DNA of 46,870 nucleotides from an uncultured Pseudomonadota bacterium (GTDB lineage: Bacteria > Myxococcota_A > Polyangia > Fen-1088), in NCBI GenBank assembly GCA_963847705.1, contig CAWKBC010000038.1, positions 1 to 46,870 on the forward strand, given 5' to 3'. How positions within the stretch are numbered: position 1 is the stretch's first letter; each line of letters begins with the position of its first letter. Below the pieces are notes generated by a model, which did no database searches, was not told the origin of the DNA, and was given only the letters and a program-made list of their open reading frames with translations. Shown piece by piece: positions 16,366 to 28,617 of this stretch. Position numbers and translations under genes: made by a program.

Positions 16366-17985
16366 TCAGGGTGCAATCTTTAACAGTAGCCCGCTCGGAT
16401 TGGCTGCGCCCAAGATCCCGACGCCCTCCACACTCGGACCAATGTTCGCGCCCAGGTTGACCTCGGCATAAAACGAGCCATCGGAACTGACCGCGACACC
16501 AGAGCCAACGTCCGTGCCACTCGTTCCGACGACCTTGGACCAGAGGCGAGACCCATTCTTGTCGTACGAGACAAAAGCGGCGTCTCCGTCCCCGAACGAG
16601 GGGCCACCTGTCAGGATAGGGCCGGCAATGTTCGCCGAAACGATGAGCTGCCCGGAATCGTTGATCGCGATGTCGGCCGCCGTGTCGTCGCCCGCCGAAC
16701 CGAACGATTTTGCCCATGCGACGCTCCCATCGGAGTTGTGCAACTTAGCAACGAAGACGTCGAGCCCTCCGAAGCCGCCGACCGGGTAGGACCCGAACAT
16801 TGCAGAGCCCGACACCGTGCCAGCAATATAGATTTCTCCAGCGGCATCGGTTGTCAGGTAGGGATATTTGTCCGGCCCGGGGCCTCCGAGCGCAACGGCC
16901 CACTCTGGCGTGCCATTTGGCATGAGCTTGGCCACCCAGATGTCGAAATCACTGGAGATCATCGAGCCGCCGAATGCGGTCATCGCCCCATTAAAAAATC
17001 CCGACGCGATGATGTTGGTCCCAGTCCACGCTATCCCGGTCGCCTGCTCGAAGGCCGAATCGGCAAACGTCTTCGTCATGTTAACCGCACCAGTGACGAC
17101 GCTGAGCTGCGCGATGAAGATATCGCGATCGCCAGCGCCGGCGAACGCCTGAGCCATCTGGGTATTTTCTCCGACAATCAAGCTGGTGCTTTGGTCGAAC
17201 CATCCCGCAGTAAAGATCGTGTCGTTCGGTCCGCGGGCTGAAACTGCCATGAAGTCGTCACCCTGGCCGATCAGGCGATCAACCCACGTCGGCTGGCCCG
17301 TGCTGGCAGAATATCGGCCAACAAATCCATCACTATTGGGACCGCCCGCCGGAGGCAGAAGACCGAGACCTACGTCGACGTCATTACAAATCGGCGCTCC
17401 ATTCGGGTCACATTTAGACGTCCCCTCGATGACCGGGGCGCCCGAGGAATCGAGGACGTCCATGTGTCCGTAGACGATTCCAGTCCCCGACGGTGAGCCA
17501 CCCCCAAACCTGGTCGAGAAGAGATGAGTTCCGTCGGATGACGAATACTCGGCAATCGCCACGTCGGTGGCTCCGACCGGAGCCAAGAGTGATCCCCCCA
17601 AGTTGGCTGGGCCACTCAGACTCCCGGATACCACGACGCCGGCCGACCCCTCCGCGACGCCATAAAGGAATACTGAGGAGGCCGACCTTGCCCACAGAAT
17701 CGTGCCCGGCGATACCATTGGATGTGAGTCGTCGATCGAGGCGTCAATTGGCGAAACGTCCTTGCTTCCTCCGTCGTTTCGCTGGCCTCCCCCGACTCCG
17801 CCGCTTCCTCGCACTCCTGCACCTCCTCCAACTCCGACGCTTCCCGCCGTCCCAGTCGCCGACCCGCCAACGCCGCCAGTCGATGGCTCGCTGGCGTCAT
17901 CGAGCCTCGTTCGTGTCGGACAGGCCAACGATGTCAGTGCCAGGGGAAGTGCCATGAAGATCGTCGTCACTTTGGTGAGATTCAT
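16366..17985 (-). CDS. Lipoprotein with Gly-rich linker and beta-propeller (SBBP-like) repeats
   Basis: Lipobox SLAC and repeats of D(I/V)F(I/V)AKL..G...W...(F/L)GG.G.D. Lower GC3 than the flanks. Confidence 0.8.
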   Translation of the reverse strand: MNLTKVTTIFMALPLALTSLACPTRTRLDDASEPSTGGVGGSATGTAGSVGVGGGAGVRGSGGVGGGQRNDGGSKDVSPIDASIDDSHPMVSPGTILWARSASSVFLYGVAEGSAGVVVSGSLSGPANLGGSLLAPVGATDVAIAEYSSSDGTHLFSTRFGGGSPSGTGIVYGHMDVLDSSGAPVIEGTSKCDPNGAPICNDVDVGLGLLPPAGGPNSDGFVGRYSASTGQPTWVDRLIGQGDDFMAVSARGPNDTIFTAGWFDQSTSLIVGENTQMAQAFAGAGDRDIFIAQLSVVTGAVNMTKTFADSAFEQATGIAWTGTNIIASGFFNGAMTAFGGSMISSDFDIWVAKLMPNGTPEWAVALGGPGPDKYPYLTTDAAGEIYIAGTVSGSAMFGSYPVGGFGGLDVFVAKLHNSDGSVAWAKSFGSAGDDTAADIAINDSGQLIVSANIAGPILTGGPSFGDGDAAFVSYDKNGSRLWSKVVGTSGTDVGSGVAVSSDGSFYAEVNLGANIGPSVEGVGILGAANPSGLLLKIAP

Positions 17986-18084
17986 CGTGCGGCTCTTATC
18001 GACCGGGGCGCCTAGGGGTTGCGTGGCATCCTAGCCACGAACGTCGATTCCGTTCTAGTGGACCGCTGACCGCGTGCTGCGGAG

Positions 18085-18435
18085 CTACTTCACCTCGACG
18101 CCGTCTTCTTCTTTCAGCCGGTCGATCTTCGACTGGCACTGGGACTTGATGTTGGAGCGCATGGAGGGGCTGTCGTCGTGCAGCGACTCGTCGAGGATGC
18201 CGGCGTAGGTCTGGCACTGCAGGCCGGCGGGGTCCTTGTTGCAGAAGTGGTTGCGCACCCGCTCGCAGGGGTTCCGGCGGCTGTCCACCATGATGAGGAC
18301 CAGCCAGACGGCGCCCGCCGCCAGGCTGCCCAGGCCGATGGCGGCCATGGCGCGAAAGCGCTTCTTGTACTGGTGCACGTCGATCTGATCGGCCTCGCGC
18401 CGGATCTGCTCCATCTCTTCGGGTGTCTCGTCCAT
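18085..18435 (-). CDS. Hypothetical single-TM protein with 4-Cys C-terminal domain
   Basis: Host-like codon usage, GGAG RBS, TM AMAAIGLGSLAAGAVWLVLIMV, and four Cys after the TM. Confidence 0.72.
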   Translation of the reverse strand: MDETPEEMEQIRREADQIDVHQYKKRFRAMAAIGLGSLAAGAVWLVLIMVDSRRNPCERVRNHFCNKDPAGLQCQTYAGILDESLHDDSPSMRSNIKSQCQSKIDRLKEEDGVEVK

Positions 18436-18468
18436 GACGTGCTCCGCCCGATGTTATAACCGCCGCGC

Positions 18469-19164
18469 ATGCGGCGCGCGAAACTGATCACCAAGGCGAA
18501 CCGCCGGCCCACGCGCGGCAAGTGGCCGCCGGACCCGGCCCGGGTCCGCTCCATCCTCGAAGCCCTCGAAGAGCTCTATCCCGACGTCGACTGCGAGCTC
18601 GACCGCGAAACGCCCTTCCAGCTGGTCTGCGCGACCATCCTTTCGGCCCAGTGCACCGACGACCGGGTGAACAAGGTGACGCCCGAGCTGTTTCGGCGCT
18701 TCCCCACGCCCGAGGCGATGGCGCGCGCGCCGCTGCCGACTCTGGAGAAGATCATCCGCTCGACCGGCTTCTACAAGCAGAAGGCCAAGAGCCTCAAGGG
18801 GACGGCCGAGGGGATCCTGACCCGCTTCGGAGGGGAGATCCCCAGGACCATCGCGGAGCTGACCACGCTGCCGGGGGTCGCGCGCAAGACCGCCAACGTC
18901 GTCCTGGGAACGGCGTTCGGGCTGGCCGAGGGGGTCGTGGTCGACACGCACATCCAGCGCCTGGCCATGCGGCTGGGGCTCACCCGCTCCCTCGAACCCA
19001 GAGGGATCGAGCAGGACCTGATGAAGGTGCTGCCGCAAGAAAGCTGGATTCGGGCCGGTCACCAGATCATCTGGCACGGGCGGCGGGTCTGCTTCGCGCG
19101 CAAGCCGAACTGCCCCGGGTGCACGCTGGCGCCGTTCTGTCCGTCGGCTGGCCTGGAAATCTGA
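18469..19164 (+). CDS. nth: Endonuclease III
   Basis: ILSAQCTD, HhH LPGVARKTANVV, VVDTH and 4Fe-4S motif CFARKPNCPGCTLAPFC. Confidence 0.96.
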   Translation: MRRAKLITKANRRPTRGKWPPDPARVRSILEALEELYPDVDCELDRETPFQLVCATILSAQCTDDRVNKVTPELFRRFPTPEAMARAPLPTLEKIIRSTGFYKQKAKSLKGTAEGILTRFGGEIPRTIAELTTLPGVARKTANVVLGTAFGLAEGVVVDTHIQRLAMRLGLTRSLEPRGIEQDLMKVLPQESWIRAGHQIIWHGRRVCFARKPNCPGCTLAPFCPSAGLEI

Positions 19165-19231
19165 GGCGACGGCCCAGCGCCAATCAGTCGGCCGCCAACC
19201 CGGGGCCGCTTGGCGACCTCGCGCAGCGTGC

Positions 19232-20382
<1,151 letters not shown>

Positions 20383-20386
<4 letters not shown>

Positions 20387-21126
20387 GCGGCACCTCCTGC
20401 GTCCGACTTGCCGCCCGCGCCGCCGGATCCGCTGCCGCCGGCGCCGCTGCCGCCCGTTCCGTTCCCGCCGCCCGCCCCTTTGCCGCCCGCGCCGCTCATG
20501 CCGCCCCCGCCGCCCGTCCCCGCCGCACCGCCGGTTCCGCTGCCGCCGGTCCCTTTGCCGCCTGTCCCGCTGCCGCCGGTCCCGCTGCCGCCCGTCCCGT
20601 TCCCCCCGGTGCCGTTCCCGCCGGTGCCGGGGCCGCCCGTCCCGCCCCTGCCGCCCATTCCGCCCGAGCCGAGCTCGCCCCCGGTTCCACCGCCCCCGCC
20701 GGTCCCTGGAATCGCGTCGCTGCCGCCGTCGACCGGGGGTGGCGATCCCGAAACCAACGTGACGACGACGATGGTCTGCCCCCCGACGTTGATGTCCTGC
20801 TGCGTGGTCATCCCCTCGGCGACCAGGGACCCGGCGCTGTTGATCGCCGCGACCGCGACCGTCACCGGCCCCGTCAAGTCGGGCGCCAGCTCCACGCTCA
20901 GGCTGGCCGGAAGGGTGATGGCGGCGCCGTCCTTCGGCGCGATCTGGAACGTACGCTGCTGCATCTGCGAGGGATCGACCGTCACGCTCAGGGACGCAGG
21001 CATGATCGACAGATCGCCCGCCACCTCGACGAGCAGGATCGAATCGCCGCGGTGGCAGGCAGCGAACACCGTCGACGCGGCGACGGCCGCAGCCGGGATG
21101 AAGACGCGATGGCGATGGGAGCGCAT
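20383..21126 (-). CDS. Lipoprotein with long Gly/Thr/Ser-rich C-terminal tail
   Basis: Lipobox FAAC, ~120-aa beta-rich domain, then (GGxGT)n tail. The start overlaps the stop of the upstream TPR gene. Confidence 0.72.
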
Positions 21127-21841
21127 CAAAACTTGTAGTTGCCGAGGTCGGTGGAGGGAGGGACGGTGGCCGGCGTCCGCAGCGCGAGATAGGCCCCCAC
21201 CGCACCACCGGCGACGGCGGCGCCGACGGCCAACCAGAGCCAGGTCTTGCCGTGGTGGCTTTCGCCCGCGGACGGGGCCAACGCCACCGGCGCCGGCTGA
21301 ACGAGCGTCGCCGCGGGCGGCGGCGCCACCGGCGCGGGGGGCGGTGAGTCGTCGACCAGTGGCGGGCGCTCGGCCGACAGATAGGGAGACGGCGTGGTGA
21401 TCGGGCGAAGGGGCGGTGGCGAGGTCGGGCGCTCGGGCCCCCGGCTGTTCGGTCGGCTGGGCGCGGCACCCGCGACGGGCGGGTCCGTCGCGGCGAGCGG
21501 CGTCGCGCTCAGTGTCGATATCTTGGCCTCGATCTGGGCGCGGTTGGGGGCGGCTGGAACGGCCTCCAGAAATGCGCGGTAGTCGGTGACCGCCTTCTCG
21601 TCCTGCCCGATGCGCCGGTAACACTCCGCCCGGTTGAAGAGCACCACCGGATCGCCGAGCTTCTTGAGAGCCAGCGTGTACTCATGGATCGCCGCCGGGC
21701 AGTGGTCGTCGCCGGCCAGATCATTTGCCTTGCGCAGGTGGTAGCGCCCCTCGGAGATCGCGTGCTCGGAGGGGGACGCCGCCCGCGCGGCGCCACCGGC
21801 CGCCAGCAGGAGCGACACCGCCAGTGCGACGGCGCCGGTCT

Positions 21842-21845
<4 letters not shown>
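21126..21845 (-). CDS. Exported TPR protein with Pro-rich linker and C-terminal hydrophobic segment
   Basis: Signal peptide, TPR pattern AAIHEY..LFNRAECYRRIG..AVTDYRAFL, and C-terminal TWLWLAVGAAVAGGAVG..PSTDLGNYKF. Confidence 0.82.
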
Positions 21846-23992
<2,147 letters not shown>

Positions 23993-24019
23993 TTGGTGCA
24001 AATCCCGTGAAGGACGACG

Positions 24020-24048
24020 AAGTTAGCGTCGCCCGCCCCCGAATGCAA
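24020..24048 (-). promoter_or_regulatory. Sigma70-type promoter for the riboswitch-thiC transcript
   Basis: TTGCAT (24048-24043), 17 nt spacer, TAACTT (24025-24020). Confidence 0.6.
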
Positions 24049-24072
24049 AGGGCGTTGGTCGAGTCTCCCACA

Positions 24073-24363
24073 ACCACCCCGCCACGGGGCGCAACGCGCC
24101 CGAGTCCAAGCACCGGGAGGCTCGGCTTCGCCTGCCCAGCCCTCTGGCGACCACCCCGCCAGAGGGCGCAACGCGCCCGAGTCCAAGCACCGGGAGGCTC
24201 GGCTTCGCCTGCCCAGCCCTCTGGCGACCACCCCGCCAGAGGGCGCAACGCGCCCGAGTCCAAGCACCGGGAGGCTCGGCTTCGCCTGCCCAGCCCTCTG
24301 GCGACCACCCCGCCAGAGGGCGCAACGCGCCCGAGTCCAAGCACCAGGAGGCTCGGCTTCGCC
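24073..24363. repeat. 77-bp tandem repeat (~3.8 copies) rich in hairpins, REP/BIME-like
   Basis: Units start at 24073, 24150, 24227 and 24304 and are near-identical. Internal inverted repeats gccctctggcg/cgccagagggc and gggcgc/gcgccc. Confidence 0.95.
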
Positions 24364-24441
24364 GAGCCGGCAGCGGCGACCAGCTCCGAAGGGGGGCCCG
24401 CGGGGGGCCGTCCGCGGCCCCCCGCGAACGCCGAAGGCGCG

Positions 24442-25179
24442 TCAGTTCACGTAGTTCTTGGGCGGGCGCCCTGCCCCGCCGTCGATGACCCGGTAGCGCC
24501 GGCGGAGGCGGCGGATCTTGAGCGCGTCACGGAACGCGTCGAACCCGCCGGGCGCCGCGCCGAAGTAGCCGATCGCGGTCGCCACGGCGGTCGCCGCCAG
24601 CTCCGGCACCGCGGTCTCGCTGCCCGACAGGCAGACCACCACGCTCCAGGCCACATAGATCATCGCGATGGTGCGCGCCTGCAGCGTGAGACCTCCGATG
24701 ATCTGCATCGGCGCCTTCCCGAAGATCCGGCCGAACGCCACGAACAGCGCCAGGACGGCCAGCGAGCCGCCGGCGAAGATCCCGCCCGTGCGGACATAGC
24801 CAAGGTGAACGACGAGGCCGAAGGCGAGGTTGGCCAGGATGCCCGCGGTCAAGTAGACGCCCAGGAACCGGCGCGTCCCTTGCGTCCGCTCGAACGAGGC
24901 CCCCACCCACCAGATCCCGAGCATGGTGAAGACGAACGACCAGATCTCGAAGTGCACGAACAGCGCGGTGATCGGCTGCCAGACCTCGCCGGCGAACAGC
25001 CCCGGCCCCACCGCCAGGTGGGCGAGCATCGCCGCCCGCAGCGGGCGCACCAGGATGAAGGCGCCGAAGAGCACCGCGTTGGCGATCAGCAACGCCCTGA
25101 CCGTCGAGGTCAGGCCTGCGGTGATCGGGCGGGATCCGGTGGGTCGAGCCGATCGCCTGGACGGTAGGTCCGGCATCAC
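24442..25179 (-). CDS. Rhomboid-like membrane protein, probably catalytically inactive
   Basis: GEVWQPITALFVH, FTMLGIWWVG..FER..G..RFL..YL..G rhomboid pattern. GASG is replaced by GGSL and there is no TM6 His. Confidence 0.75.
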   Translation of the reverse strand: MMPDLPSRRSARPTGSRPITAGLTSTVRALLIANAVLFGAFILVRPLRAAMLAHLAVGPGLFAGEVWQPITALFVHFEIWSFVFTMLGIWWVGASFERTQGTRRFLGVYLTAGILANLAFGLVVHLGYVRTGGIFAGGSLAVLALFVAFGRIFGKAPMQIIGGLTLQARTIAMIYVAWSVVVCLSGSETAVPELAATAVATAIGYFGAAPGGFDAFRDALKIRRLRRRYRVIDGGAGRPPKNYVN

Positions 25180-25222
25180 GTCAACCTTAGCGCACTTGCG
25201 CGCTGGGCGCCGGCCGAAGGGT

Positions 25223-25642
25223 TCACAGCGGCCAGAGCACGACCGAGAACTGCGTCGGCGGGCCGTCAGATTCGATCGGTGCGGGGGTGGTCGTCATCGT
25301 CATGTTGGGCGGCGGGTTCGACTTGATGAGCGCTCCTTGTGAGTCGAGCATCTGAACCGAGAACGACCAGGTGCCCGGAGTGGCGTCCGCGGTCACCCAA
25401 CCGGCCGTGCAGAGCGCCACGATCTGCTGGGCATCTCCGCCCTCATCGCTGCCGGTCGCCATGATCGAGTCGACGTAGAACTGGCCACATCCAGTGGCCG
25501 CAGTCTGCGCGGTCCCGGTCTGGTCCACGAAGATCCAGCTGAGGCGGTAACTCCCGTTCTGGCCACAACCGGCGACAGCCAGCAGAGCCGCCGCGCAGAG
25601 CCCGAGCGCCACCGAACACGGCTGCGAACGCTTCATCCACAT
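25223..25642 (-). CDS. Lipoprotein (paralogue family with the next two genes)
   Basis: Lipobox VAGC and LSW..C..C pattern. Confidence 0.72.
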   Translation of the reverse strand: MWMKRSQPCSVALGLCAAALLAVAGCGQNGSYRLSWIFVDQTGTAQTAATGCGQFYVDSIMATGSDEGGDAQQIVALCTAGWVTADATPGTWSFSVQMLDSQGALIKSNPPPNMTMTTTPAPIESDGPPTQFSVVLWPL

Positions 25643-25671
25643 CGCGCGGGCTTATAACACTTCCCGCGGCG

Positions 25672-26121
25672 CTATTGCGCGGGCGGCGTCACGACCAGGA
25701 GGGCCGGGCCCGGGGTCCGGTAAGAACCGCAGACCGTGACGTCGATCGACGTCGTCTGAGGAACGGCCAGCGCGTTCCCGCTGGCGTCCTCCAGGTTGAC
25801 GGTGACGTTGTAGGAGGCGTAGTTCTGCTGCAGGAGAATGTCCTTGTCGCCGTACGAGCTGTTCGGCGAGCAGATCTGCGGATAGTTGACCCCGTCGATG
25901 TTGATGACCACGGTCGCCGCGCCGGCCGCCGCGCAGGTGACCGCGCCGCCCGCCGGGTTCTGGATCTGCCAGTCGACGTCGAGATCGGACTGGCATCCGT
26001 AGCCGTAGCCTCCGTCCGGGGTCGTGTCGACCACGCAGCCGGAAAGGGCCAGACCTAGCCCGACGACCGACGCAAGAAGAAAGGGGCCGAGCGCGAGGGT
26101 GCGGAAGCTCTTGGTGTTCAT
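25672..26121 (-). CDS. Lipoprotein
   Basis: AGGAG RBS, ATG MNTKSF, lipobox LSGC and VDW..TCAAAGA..QIC pattern. Confidence 0.76.
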   Translation of the reverse strand: MNTKSFRTLALGPFLLASVVGLGLALSGCVVDTTPDGGYGYGCQSDLDVDWQIQNPAGGAVTCAAAGAATVVINIDGVNYPQICSPNSSYGDKDILLQQNYASYNVTVNLEDASGNALAVPQTTSIDVTVCGSYRTPGPALLVVTPPAQ

Positions 26122-26164
26122 GGGAGTCTCCTGGTCACTCGTCATTTTCATCACTGTGAAATCA

Positions 26165-26650
26165 TCAGTGTGGAGCACAAACGTTCCCACTGCAGGCCAG
26201 AGAACAAGGCGCCACCAGCGTAAACGCGTCGACCTCTGTAGGCTGTCCGTTGGTCACCTGAAGCAAGACCTGGTCCGGCGTCGAAGGGGTCATGATCTCG
26301 GTCTGGGGGATCTCGACGCCGTCGGTGCCGACCGCCACCACCGAGGCTGCGTACGATTCTCCCGGCCCGGTCGGCGGGATGTCGAACTGCGTCGCCCCGG
26401 TCTGGTTCTGACAGGAAAAGTCGCACTGTGCCTGTCCGGCACAGGGTGTGGCGCCGTCGATGGTTCCGCCCACGCCGTTCAGCACCAACCGAACCTTGGC
26501 GATCGCGGGATCGGCGCAGCTGCAGTCGGTGATTCCGCTGCCGCTCGGTGAGATCACCACCCAGCTGATCTCGACCGCGCCGCCGCTGATCTTCACGCAG
26601 CCGGAAAGGAGGGAGGCAACGATCGCCATGGCTGCCAGAACGTTTCTCAT
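26165..26650 (-). CDS. Cys-rich lipoprotein
   Basis: ATG MRNVLAA, lipobox LSGC and ISW..DCSC..FSC pattern. Confidence 0.72.
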   Translation of the reverse strand: MRNVLAAMAIVASLLSGCVKISGGAVEISWVVISPSGSGITDCSCADPAIAKVRLVLNGVGGTIDGATPCAGQAQCDFSCQNQTGATQFDIPPTGPGESYAASVVAVGTDGVEIPQTEIMTPSTPDQVLLQVTNGQPTEVDAFTLVAPCSLACSGNVCAPH

Positions 26651-26791
26651 GAGGCACGCGCGGGCCCGCCCGGACGACGGAGCGGAAAAAGCTTCGAAAA
26701 GTCGGGGGTAGGAATGGGTGAGAGTCGTGTCAAACTGCAACCCGGATCGCTCGCTCCCGAGCGCCCTCTCATCGATGGAGGTCAACGCCTG

Positions 26792-27508
26792 ATGTTACCG
26801 CTCATCCTGCAAGCCGGCGCTGGAGAAGCGCGGCTCGACATCATCTCGCTCATCTTGAACGCCTCCCCGGTGGTGAAGGGGGTGCTGGGGCTGCTCATCC
26901 TGATGTCAGCCGCCTCCTGGTTCGTGATCGGATCGAAGACGCTCTACCTGTCGGCCGCCGCCTCGCGCTCGGCGAAGTTCCAGGATGCATTCTGGAAGAC
27001 CGGACGCCTCGACGAGATCTGGCGCATGAGCGAGGCCGCGCCGCCGTCGCCGGTGGGCGAGGTCTTTCGCGCCGGCTACACCGAGCTCGCCAAGCTGCAG
27101 AAGCGGCGACAGGACAACGCGGACCCGGCGGGCGAGGCTTTTCTCGGCGACATCGAGAGCGTCGAGCGGGCGCTCGATCGGGCGCGGACGACGGCCATCA
27201 CCGAGATGGAGTCGCGCGTGCCGCTGCTCGGCACCACCGCCAGCGCCGGCCCGTTCATCGGCCTCTTCGGCACGGTGTGGGGCATCATGAACTCCTTCCG
27301 CAACATCGGCGCCAAGGGGGCGGCCAACCTGGCCACCGTGGCGCCCGGCATCGCGGAGGCGCTGGTCGCCACCGCCATCGGCCTCATGGCCGCCATCCCG
27401 GCCGTCATGGCCTACAACTACCTGTCGCGGCGGATCCGGGTCATCACCTCCGAGATGGAGACCTTTTCCAGCGACTTCCTGAACATCGTGCGCCGGAGGT
27501 TCTTCTAG
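26792..27508 (+). CDS. tolQ: Tol-Pal proton channel subunit TolQ
   Basis: [21 protein letters not shown] and [16 protein letters not shown] motifs. GGAGG RBS. Confidence 0.94.
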   Translation: MLPLILQAGAGEARLDIISLILNASPVVKGVLGLLILMSAASWFVIGSKTLYLSAAASRSAKFQDAFWKTGRLDEIWRMSEAAPPSPVGEVFRAGYTELAKLQKRRQDNADPAGEAFLGDIESVERALDRARTTAITEMESRVPLLGTTASAGPFIGLFGTVWGIMNSFRNIGAKGAANLATVAPGIAEALVATAIGLMAAIPAVMAYNYLSRRIRVITSEMETFSSDFLNIVRRRFF

Positions 27509-27510
27509 CC

Positions 27511-27921
<411 letters not shown>

Positions 27922-28617
27922 ATGGCGCGCGAGATCATACGGCGCGGGTCGCGGCGAAACCTGGCCGGGATCCTGTTCACGGTGGCTCTGCACGGCGGGG
28001 TGCTGCTGGCCGTGGCGGCCGCGCACAACAAGCCGGAGCCGCCGCTCATCATGCCGCACGACTTCGTGCGCGCCGAATTGGTGAAGCTGGGCAAGCCCCG
28101 GGATCCGTTCTGGCTTCCACGAATCACCCAGCCTCCGAAACCGACCGCCCCACCCAACCAGCTCAAGGTCTCCGAGGATCCCGACGCCAAGGCGGCGCCC
28201 AAGGAAGCGCCGCGCCCCGAGGATCCGAAGATCTCCAAGGAGCTGAAGAACGCGCTCGATCGCGCCAAGAAGCTGGAAGCGCTGGCCGCGGACGACGACG
28301 ACGACGAGGGCTCGCTCACCGGCTCGAAGCTGGGGGCGTCGAACCGCGCCGTGGGAGACCAGTACCAGGCGCAGGTCCTCGGCCTCTTGCGGGCCAACTT
28401 CAACTTTCCGGCCGGCCTCACGCCCGATCAGGTTCCGGTCCTTCCGGAGATCACCTTCCGGATCGCGCCCGATGGAACGATCGGCGACGTCAAGCTCGCC
28501 AAGTCGTCCACCAACAGCTTCGTCGACGACGCCTGCGTCGACGCCGCCAAGCTGACTGGCAAGGTTCCTCCGCCTCCTCCGACCATGCATGGTATGAGAG
28601 TCCAGTGCGTCAAGTGA
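27922..28617 (+). CDS. tolA: TolA/TonB-like energy transducer
   Basis: N-terminal TM with T..LH motif, Pro/Lys-rich linker and C-terminal TonB_C-like domain, located between tolR and tolB. Confidence 0.78.
   Translation: MAREIIRRGSRRNLAGILFTVALHGGVLLAVAAAHNKPEPPLIMPHDFVRAELVKLGKPRDPFWLPRITQPPKPTAPPNQLKVSEDPDAKAAPKEAPRPEDPKISKELKNALDRAKKLEALAADDDDDEGSLTGSKLGASNRAVGDQYQAQVLGLLRANFNFPAGLTPDQVPVLPEITFRIAPDGTIGDVKLAKSSTNSFVDDACVDAAKLTGKVPPPPPTMHGMRVQCVK

Noticed and set aside
24073-24363. CRISPR array
   Set aside because: The 77-bp units are contiguous and near-identical with no unique spacers, and no cas genes are in the window.
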